A stretch of DNA of 64,000 nt, taken from assembly GCF_016026235.1 (NCBI RefSeq), contig NZ_CP065613.1. One strand, 5' to 3'. The notes under the pieces were generated by a model. It did not search any database. It was not told the DNA's origin and saw only the letters and a program-made list of their open reading frames with translations. Source of the DNA: Escherichia coli (GTDB taxonomy: Bacteria; Pseudomonadota; Gammaproteobacteria; Enterobacterales; Enterobacteriaceae). Made by a program: the position numbers and the translations under genes. Positions 56,022 to 64,000 of the stretch are shown here, one piece after another (position 1 is the first letter of the stretch; each line of letters begins with the position of its first letter).

Positions 56022-57233
56022 TTATTCGGTTGCCAGCCAGCTTAACGGGATTGCAGCGTACATCGCGGCACAGGTCACCAGGTGAGATTTCCAGGTTTTT
56101 TCGTTAGGTGCATGCGCTTCAGGTTCTTTACCCGGGCCAAAGCCGATCACCGGAATGCCGTGACGGCCCATGATAGATACGCCGTTAGTTGAGAAGGTCC
56201 ACTTATCAACAACCGGCGCTTTGCCAAACAGCCCTTCGTAGGCATTCACCAGTGCTTTAACGGTGAAGTGATCTTCTTCCACTTTCCAGGTCGGGAAGTA
56301 GCATTCGGTTGGGTAAACCAGGCCAGTCCAGGACGGACGGTCGTAGTTGTACATAGAAACAACCGCGTTAGCTTTCTGTACTGCAGGCAGGGCGCGGATT
56401 TCGTCCAGCGCGCCTTCCCAGGTTTCGCCCCAGGTCAGACGGCGGTCAATAGAGACGGCGCAGCTATCTGCTACAGCGCAACGGCTTGGGGATGTGAAGA
56501 AGATTTCAGAAACGGTGAGGGTGCCTTTGCCGAGGAATTCGTCATAACCCAGACGTTGGGAGAGTTCTTGTAATTCGCCAAGAATCGGACCCATTTTGAA
56601 AATGGCGTTGTCACCGCGTTCTGGCGCAGAACCGTGGCAGCTAACACCCTGAACATCAATACGAATTTCCATACGACCGCGCTGACCACGGTATACCTGG
56701 CAGTCGGTTGGTTCGGTACTGACCACAAATTCCGGGCGAATGCCGGATTGTTCAATAATGTACTGCCAGCACAGACCGTCGCAGTCTTCTTCCTGCACAG
56801 TACCGGTAACCAGCAGGGTATATTCATCTTCCAGACCGAGGTCTTTAATGATTTTACCGGCATAAACCATAGATGCCATGCCGCCTTCCTGGTCGGAAGT
56901 ACCGCGACCACCGATCAGCTCATCAGTTTCCATGCCTTCGTACGGATCGAAGTCCCAGTTTTTGATGTTGCCAATGCCGACGGTATCGATATGAGCGTCC
57001 ATTGCCACCAGACGCGGGCCGTGGCCGATATAACCGAGAACGTTACCCATCGGGTCGATTTCAACTTTATCGAAGCCGACTTTTTCCATCTCTTCTTTAA
57101 TACGATGTACTACGCGTTTCTCGTCGCAGCTTTCACTGGGAATAGCAACCATGTCGCGCAGGAAGCGAGTCATATCCGCCTGGTAATCTTTTGCTTTTTC
57201 AAGAATCAGTTTGAATGGAATATTCTTAGCCAT
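56022..57233 (-). CDS. ygeY: M20-family peptidase / deacylase YgeY
   Basis: ORF track 56022..57281; likely start at internal Met (MAKNIPFKL); ArgE/DapE family; start coordinate uncertain by a few nt. Confidence 0.85.
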
Positions 57234-57289
57234 TATTTTTCTCCAGATTTTTACTCCCCGTTTTGCAGGGAGCAGTTCCAATAGGGTGA

Positions 57290-58486
57290 TTAAGGTGCTA
57301 CAGCGTGTTTGCCTTCCCAGACAACTTCGCGGTAGTGCTTCACGTCGGTGTCGCCTTCAGTGCTGATAACCAGCACTACGGCATCTTTGTTCAGCGCCAG
57401 TTTTTGCATCAGGCTTTGACGTTGCGGGTGATAATGAACCGCCGCGAGAACGCCCAAACCGACAGCGCCGGATTCACCGGAGATGATGCGCGGGTCGTTG
57501 CCGTACGGATTACCCAGCACGCGCATACCTAATGCGGCAACGCTGTCCTGGCAGGAGATGAATTGGGTGGCGCAGTTACGTAGGATTTCCCAGCCCAGCG
57601 GGTTAGGTTCGCCACAGGCCAGGCCCGCCATGATGGTGGCCATATCACCGCCAACGTTGACGATGTCGCCTTTGACGCCGGAGCGATAAATACAGTCAGC
57701 TTTGTCAGGTTCAACAATAATGCTGTGCAGATTTTGCGGGCTGTAGACGTCGACCAGATAACCCAGCACACCACCGGCCATTGCACCGACACCGGCTTGC
57801 AGCAGAACGTGTGTCGGGGTTACGCCCATTTCACGCATTTGCTCGACGGCTTCATCTGCCAGGGTTGCGTAGCCTTGCATGATCCAGGTTGGGATTTTGG
57901 TGTAACCTTCCCATGCTGTGTCCTGTACCACTTCCCAGCCGTGCTGCTGCGCGTGTTGCATGGTCAGGCGAACGGTATCGTCATAGTTCATATCCGTGAC
58001 GATGCACTCGGCACCGAGGTTCAGAATGGCGTCAACGCGTTCCTGAGCAGAACCTTTCGGCATGTAAATCACCGCATTCTGTCCGAGTTGCTGTGCTGCC
58101 CATGCCACACCGCGCCCGTGGTTGCCGTCGGTGGTGGTCGCGAAGGTCATTTTTTCGCCGATGGCATTTTTCAGGTGCTCAAATGACAGCGTTTCGATAT
58201 CAAGATGATATTTTTCACACAATAATTGAGCGATGGCGTACGCACCGCCGAGCATTTTGAAGGCGTTCAGACCGAATCGTTTTGATTCGTCTTTGACAAG
58301 AATTTTCTTCACACCAAAAAGGTTTGCGAGATCGTCCAGCGCACAAAGCGGTGTTGGGCGATAACCAGCTATTTTCTGGTGGAACTGGCGCGCCAGTTTG
58401 GCCTGGCTTTGCGAAAAGAGCGGTGATGTTTCGCCGTTGAAAAATTTGTTATCGGCGATATCAATCTTCAATGAGAAAACGGACAT
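57290..58486 (-). CDS. ygeX: Diaminopropionate ammonia-lyase (PLP-dependent), YgeX/DpaL
   Basis: ORF track 398 aa; PLP fold type II. Confidence 0.9.
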
Positions 58487-58543
58487 ATCCTATCCTTTTG
58501 GCCTCTGGAAATAGAGGGCCGACCAGCTGATCGGCCCGAGGGG

Positions 58544-59734
58544 TTATTTCACGCGTTCTTGCGCTTCTTTCAGCAGTTGCTCGAGCAGTGCACCTGGTTT
58601 GGCGTATTTACGGGACAGGATCATCGCGGCGATGATATAAGGCTTCCAGCTGGCTTCTTTGTAGGTAGCGATACGGTATTTTTCGAATACGCCTTCAGTC
58701 ACTTCACCTTCTTTGCAGGATACGCCGCTGATATCAGCTGGCAGGCAGTGCATGTACAGGGCTTCGCCATCACGGGTCAGTTCCATCATCTCTTCAGTAC
58801 AATGCCAGTCTTTGTGTTGCGCGTTCTGTGCCAGACACTGTTTTTCCAGTGCTTTTAAGCCTTCGTGATCGTTCGCACGCAGCAATTCAGTACGCTCTTC
58901 CATCACTTTGTAAGGTGCCCATGACTTCGGATAAACGATGTCTGCGTCTTTGAAGGCTTCTTCCATGCTGGTGACCTGACGGAAGCTACCACCGGAGGCT
59001 TTAGCATTGTTTTTCGCCACTTCAACCACATCCGGGATCAGGTCGTAGCCTTCCGGATGGGCCAAGGTGACATCCATACCGAAGCGAGTCATCAGACCGA
59101 TGATGCCTTGTGGTACAGAGAGCGGTTTGCCATAGCTTGGAGAGTAGGCCCAGGTCATGGCGATTTTTTTACCTTTCAGGTTTTCCAGTGAACCAAAGTG
59201 TTCACGTAACCACGCGAGGTCAGCCATTGACTGAGTCGGGTGGTCAATATCGCATTGCAGGTTCACTAAAGCCGGACGCTGTGGCAGTACACCCTGCTTG
59301 TAACCGTCATCAAGTGCAGCGCCAACTTCACGCATATAGGCGTTGCCTGCGCCCAGATACATATCGTCGCGAATACCAATAGCGTCGGCGCAGAAGGAGA
59401 TCATATTGGCGGTTTCACGCACGGTTTCGCCGTGAGCGATTTGTGATTTGCCTTCATCGAGATCTTGCTGTGCAAGGCCGAGCAGGTTAAGCGCGGAAGC
59501 ATAAGAGAAGCGGGTACGAGTGGAGTTGTCGCGGAATACGGAAATACCTAATCCACTATTAAAGACTTTGGTTGAGATGTTTTCAGCACGCAGTGCTTTT
59601 AATGCTGCGGCAACGTCCAGTACTTGTTTCAGTTCATCTGGCGTCTGTTCCCACGTTAACAAAAAATCTTTCTCGTGAAGGTGAGAGGTCAGCGAATTGA
59701 TATCCTTAATCAGCTCATTAACAGTTTTCATCAT
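58544..59734 (-). CDS. ygeW: Carbamoyltransferase-family protein YgeW (transcarbamylase-like, specific substrate not established)
   Basis: ORF track 396 aa with STRTR and HCLP transcarbamylase motifs. Confidence 0.88.
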   Translation of the reverse strand: MMKTVNELIKDINSLTSHLHEKDFLLTWEQTPDELKQVLDVAAALKALRAENISTKVFNSGLGISVFRDNSTRTRFSYASALNLLGLAQQDLDEGKSQIAHGETVRETANMISFCADAIGIRDDMYLGAGNAYMREVGAALDDGYKQGVLPQRPALVNLQCDIDHPTQSMADLAWLREHFGSLENLKGKKIAMTWAYSPSYGKPLSVPQGIIGLMTRFGMDVTLAHPEGYDLIPDVVEVAKNNAKASGGSFRQVTSMEEAFKDADIVYPKSWAPYKVMEERTELLRANDHEGLKALEKQCLAQNAQHKDWHCTEEMMELTRDGEALYMHCLPADISGVSCKEGEVTEGVFEKYRIATYKEASWKPYIIAAMILSRKYAKPGALLEQLLKEAQERVK

Positions 59735-59825
59735 AAAGTCCCGGTAGTGGAATGACAGGCAAAGTGGTTTATTTCACTGTGACTTGCCAAAGTGATTGGT
59801 GTTTTCACAGCTATACCTGGGACTA

Positions 59826-59840
59826 ACAATAAGTGTGCCA
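59826..59840 (-). promoter_or_regulatory. Candidate sigma54 promoter upstream of ygeW
   Basis: Minus strand reads TGGCAC-ACTTA-TTGT (GG at -24, GT in place of GC at -12) about 90 nt upstream of ygeW ATG; adjacent divergent gene ygeV is a sigma54 activator. Confidence 0.35.
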
Positions 59841-60209
59841 GAATTATCCACGGGGCTGCAAAAGACTAATTTGACGGATAATGTGTGGGGTTGATCACAA
59901 ATTGATGCTAGCTTCCGGTTGTTTGTAAAATACGAAAACGTTTGGCTTTTTTTATTGCGTTATTTATTTGCTGCTAAGTATCAGAAATAAGATAAAGGGG
60001 CAGGCTATCCCTCGTCAGTTTGATAAACTCACCGCCGTAATTCTCATATTGATATAGAAATGTGATATCTCTTCCATAATTTCATTAGAAAGTGATAAAA
60101 ATCTTATGTTTTTATCAAAGCCAATTTCGCCTGAGTTAATATCATCATGATCTGTGAACCATCAACGTCTTCAATGATCGACTTTTAAGTAAGTCTGGAA
60201 GGTAAAGCT

Positions 60210-61988
60210 ATGGAGCTTGCTACTACGCAGTCAGTATTGATGCAAATTCAACCGACAATTCAGCGTTTTGCCAGAATGCTTGCCAGCGTTTTGCAGCTTG
60301 AGGTTGAGATCGTTGATGAAAACTTGTGTCGCGTCGCCGGAACGGGCGCGTATGGGAAGTTTCTTGGTCGCCAGTTGAGCGGCAACTCACGCCTGCTCCG
60401 CCACGTCCTGGAAACGAAAACTGAAAAAGTTGTGACACAGTCTCGCTTCGATCCCCTTTGCGAAGGTTGCGATAGTAAAGAAAATTGCCGCGAAAAAGCA
60501 TTTCTGGGTACGCCTGTCATTTTACAGGATCGTTGTGTTGGGGTGATAAGTTTGATTGCCGTTACCCACGAGCAACAAGAGCATATCAGTGATAATTTAC
60601 GCGAATTTTCTGATTATGTTCGCCATATATCCACCATTTTTGTTTCGAAACTTCTGGAGGATCAGGGGCCAGGAGATAACATCAGTAAAATATTCGCGAC
60701 CATGATCGATAATATGGATCAGGGCGTATTAGTTGTTGATGATGAAAGTCGGGTTCAGTTTGTTAATCAGACTGCCTTAAAAACACTTGGCGTTGTACAA
60801 AATAATATTATTGGGAAACCTATCCGTTTCAGACCATTAACATTTGAGAGTAATTTTACCCATGGACATATGCAGCATATTGTTTCGTGGGACGATAAAA
60901 GTGAATTAATCATTGGTCAATTGCATAACATTCAGGGCCGACAATTATTTTTAATGGCGTTTCACCAATCGCATACCAGTTTTTCTGTAGCAAATGCACC
61001 TGATGAACCACATATTGAACAATTGGTTGGCGAGTGCCGTGTTATGCGGCAATTAAAACGACTCATTAGCCGTATTGCACCCAGCCCATCCAGCGTTATG
61101 GTGGTTGGTGAAAGCGGCACGGGTAAAGAAGTCGTCGCCCGTGCAATCCATAAGTTGAGCGGAAGACGGAATAAACCCTTTATTGCTATCAACTGTGCCG
61201 CGATTCCGGAGCAGCTTCTGGAGAGCGAACTGTTCGGTTATGTTAAAGGCGCATTTACTGGCGCTTCTGCCAACGGTAAAACAGGGTTGATTCAGGCGGC
61301 GAATACGGGCACGCTGTTTCTCGATGAAATAGGTGATATGCCATTAATGTTGCAGGCTAAATTACTGCGCGCTATTGAGGCACGTGAAATTCTGCCGATT
61401 GGTGCCAGTAGCCCAATACAAGTCGACATTCGCATCATTTCTGCAACTAACCAGAATTTGGCCCAGTTCATTGCCGAAGGTAAATTCCGCGAAGATCTCT
61501 TCTACCGACTTAATGTTATCCCGATAACTCTGCCACCGCTGCGTGAACGTCAGGAAGATATTGAACTACTGGTGCATTACTTTTTACATCTGCATACCCG
61601 TCGTCTGGGATCGGTTTATCCTGGCATTGCTCCCGATGTCGTCGAAATATTGCGTAAGCATCGTTGGCCCGGAAACCTGCGCGAGTTAAGCAATTTGATG
61701 GAATATCTGGTTAACGTTGTTCCTTCAGGTGAAGTTATCGACAGCACGCTATTGCCGCCAAATCTGCTGAATAATGGCACAACGGAGCAAAGTGATGTAA
61801 CAGAGGTCACTGAGGCACACCTGTCACTCGATGATGCGGGCGGCACGGCGCTGGAGGAGATGGAAAAGCAAATGATCCGCGAGGCGCTTTCACGTCATAA
61901 CAGCAAGAAGCAAGTTGCTGATGAACTGGGCATCGGCATTGCTACGCTCTATCGCAAGATTAAGAAATATGAGTTGTTAAACACATAA
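60210..61988 (+). CDS. ygeV: Sigma54-dependent transcriptional activator YgeV
   Basis: ORF track 592 aa; AAA+ GESGTGKE and GAFTGA motifs, C-terminal HTH. Confidence 0.92.
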   Translation: MELATTQSVLMQIQPTIQRFARMLASVLQLEVEIVDENLCRVAGTGAYGKFLGRQLSGNSRLLRHVLETKTEKVVTQSRFDPLCEGCDSKENCREKAFLGTPVILQDRCVGVISLIAVTHEQQEHISDNLREFSDYVRHISTIFVSKLLEDQGPGDNISKIFATMIDNMDQGVLVVDDESRVQFVNQTALKTLGVVQNNIIGKPIRFRPLTFESNFTHGHMQHIVSWDDKSELIIGQLHNIQGRQLFLMAFHQSHTSFSVANAPDEPHIEQLVGECRVMRQLKRLISRIAPSPSSVMVVGESGTGKEVVARAIHKLSGRRNKPFIAINCAAIPEQLLESELFGYVKGAFTGASANGKTGLIQAANTGTLFLDEIGDMPLMLQAKLLRAIEAREILPIGASSPIQVDIRIISATNQNLAQFIAEGKFREDLFYRLNVIPITLPPLRERQEDIELLVHYFLHLHTRRLGSVYPGIAPDVVEILRKHRWPGNLRELSNLMEYLVNVVPSGEVIDSTLLPPNLLNNGTTEQSDVTEVTEAHLSLDDAGGTALEEMEKQMIREALSRHNSKKQVADELGIGIATLYRKIKKYELLNT

Positions 61989-62027
61989 CCTCAGTGAATC
62001 CGGCCTGAATTCAGGCCGGATATCCTT

Positions 62028-62507
62028 TTACTTCGTTTTCTCGCAATCCAGAACTGTATTTACAATCATCTGATACCCCGTGCAGCGACAAAGATTTCCC
62101 GCCAGTCCGCGACGAATTTCCGTAATGGTTAATGGCTTCTCGCGTGGTTTCGCCAGCATTGCCGTGGTAGCCATAATCAGGCCAGGCGTACAAAACCCGC
62201 ACTGCACTGCGCCGGATTTCGCATAAGCCTGCTGAACATGAGAAAGTTTTCCGCCTTTCGCTTCACCTTCAAGCGTGCGGATCTCTTTTCCTTCAGCCCA
62301 GGCGGCAAGGTATAAGCAACTGTCTATTGCTGTGCCGTCGACCAGCACCGTACAGGCACCACATTCACCCACGCAGCACCCTTGTTTGACACTTAGCAGT
62401 CCTTGTTCGCGGAGTAATTCCGAGAGCGGCGTGCCTGGTGCGGCATGAAGCTGAAAAGGCATCCCGTTAATGGTGCATTCGATGGTAATTGTTTCGCTGT
62501 GATTCAT
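62028..62507 (-). CDS. xdhC: Xanthine dehydrogenase Fe-S subunit (2Fe-2S)
   Basis: ORF track 159 aa; CxxGxCGxC and CGFC motifs. Confidence 0.92.
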
Positions 62508-63382
62508 TGCAATTTTCCCCCCGCCGCGGCGACGGCTTCGCTAATCACTTTTTTGGTCATCGTCTGGATGAGATGCAGACGAAACTCTTTACTGGCCCGC
62601 CATGAAGAACGCGGGGCGACATCTTGCAGGACAGATTCGCTGATAGCTTCCAGCGTTTGCAGGTTTAATGGCGCATTTTGTGCAGTCTGTTCGGCATGTT
62701 GGCAGCGAATCGGCGTTGGCGCGGCAACACCAAATGCCAGGCGTAATTCGCTGAAATTGCCGTTATCCAGTCGGCAATGTGCGGCGCAGCCAATTGTTGA
62801 AATATCCATTGCGTCGCGCATGGCATATTTAAAATGCGCGCTGCCCGCGTGTTCTTTCGGCTGTGGCGGAAAATGAAAGGCGACGAGGATTTCGTCATGC
62901 TCAAGAGACACTTTGCCCGGCCCGGTGTGAAAGCCATTAATCGGGACGAAACGAACACCGCGCGGGGAGTGGATCTCCAGTTTCGCGTCATAAATTAGCG
63001 TTGGCGTGGCAGAATCTGCGCTGGTGGCACCGTTGCAAATATTTCCACCGTAGGTAGCGACGTTACGGATCTGCGGTCCAGCAATGGACGTGGCCGCAGC
63101 ACATAACGCCGGGAGATGACGTTGAGTTATAGGATCTTCTATTAGCTGGGTAAATGTCGTTGCAGAGCCGATACGTAGCGAGCCATCTTCCGCCAGCGTA
63201 ATTCCCCGCAGCTCCGCCAGATTATGAATATCAACAATATGGCGATAACGGTCATTGTGATGGTGGAGCTGAATCAGTACGTCAGTGCCACCGGCGAGCA
63301 GTTTGGCCTGCGGGTTGTCAGCCAGCAGGTTGATGGCATCGGCAAGGGTTGCTGCGCGATGGTAAGAAGCAAAATCAAACAT
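62504..63382 (-). CDS. xdhB: Xanthine dehydrogenase FAD-binding subunit
   Basis: ORF track 292 aa; 4-bp overlap with xdhC. Confidence 0.92.
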
Positions 63383-63392
63383 GATGTTATCC

Positions 63393-64000
63393 TCAAATCA
63401 ATCCTGCCAGATGGAACTCTTCATATAACCGTTTTGGCGTCAGCGGCAGTGTATTGATTGCAACACCGGTAGCCATCTTCACCGCGTTACGAATAGCAGC
63501 GGCAACAGGAATTATTGGTGGCTCACCCAGTGACTTATGTCCGTATGCGGATTGCGGCTCATTGATTTCGACGAACGCGCTTTCCAGTTGTGGCAGATCC
63601 GGCATGGTCGGCATTTTGTAATCCAGCAGATTGGGGTTACGGACCACGCCGCTTTTAGCATCGATGATCATCTCTTCAAATAGCGCCCAGCCAATGCCCA
63701 TTCCCATTCCGCCGTGTACCTGACCTTCTGCCAGCAGTGGATTAAGAATATGCCCTGAATCATGAACGTTGAGGATGCGGTTGATGGTGACTTTGCACAG
63801 CGCAATATCGACCGTCAGATCAACAAAGGTACAGCCAAACGCCGGTGGGTTAGTGGTGGTTTTGATGGAGCTTTCAGCAGAGAGCTGCCCGCCGCGTTCA
63901 GGGTGGTAGAAAGCGTCCATCGCCAAATCTTTTAACGACATTAACGGCTCTTCCGGTCGTTCAACCAGCACGATATGGCCTTTTATCAGGGTCAGATTCA
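63393..64000 (-). CDS. xdhA: Xanthine dehydrogenase molybdopterin-binding subunit, C-terminal part only (5' end beyond window)
   Basis: ORF track 63393..63971 is the C-terminal piece of a longer frame running off the window edge; sits upstream of xdhB-xdhC. Confidence 0.85.
   Translation of the reverse strand, partial: NLTLIKGHIVLVERPEEPLMSLKDLAMDAFYHPERGGQLSAESSIKTTTNPPAFGCTFVDLTVDIALCKVTINRILNVHDSGHILNPLLAEGQVHGGMGMGIGWALFEEMIIDAKSGVVRNPNLLDYKMPTMPDLPQLESAFVEINEPQSAYGHKSLGEPPIIPVAAAIRNAVKMATGVAINTLPLTPKRLYEEFHLAGLI

Noticed and set aside
57170..57245. Apparent +1/-1 indel pair in ygeY when I translated nucleotides by hand around 57180 and 57240
   Set aside because: The ORF track shows one continuous 419-aa ygeY frame and a continuous antisense ORF across the same span; both apparent indels fall exactly at line breaks of the sequence listing, so this is almost certainly my reading error. 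It is also why I flag motif coordinates as approximate.

Overview
Escherichia coli / Shigella-type chromosomal window (near-identity of many ORF-track proteins to known E. coli proteins, judged from memory, no search run). Left to right: hycB (partial) and hycA, divergent from hypABCDE-fhlA; ygbA; mutS; pphB; ygbI plus the ygbJKLMN acid-sugar cluster; a UbiX/UbiD-like hydroxyarylic-acid decarboxylase module with a divergent MarR-family regulator (the variable mutS-rpoS insert that K-12 lacks); rpoS, interrupted by a premature TGA; nlpD-pcm-surE-truD-ispF-ispD-ftsB-ygbE-cysCND; iap; a type I-E CRISPR array (7 repeats, 6 spacers) with leader and a cas2-cas1-cas6e-cas5-cas7-cse2-cse1-cas3 operon. 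In that operon cas7 carries an in-frame amber codon and cas3 a frameshift, while cas1-cas2 look intact. Immediately upstream of cas3 sits an IS10-like (IS4-family) insertion sequence with no target-site duplication, and beyond it the xdhD-ygfM-ssnA-ygfK / mocA / yqeC-yqeB / yqeA-hyuA-ygeY-ygeX-ygeW / ygeV / xdhC-xdhB-xdhA(partial) cluster lies inverted relative to the K-12 gene order, with cysH absent from its expected place next to cas3. No rRNA or tRNA genes were seen. The main points of interest are the decayed interference half of the CRISPR-Cas system, the IS-associated inversion breakpoint, the rpoS nonsense allele, and the incompletely characterised selenium-dependent molybdenum-hydroxylase cluster. 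Coordinates of short motifs may be off by 1-2 nt.
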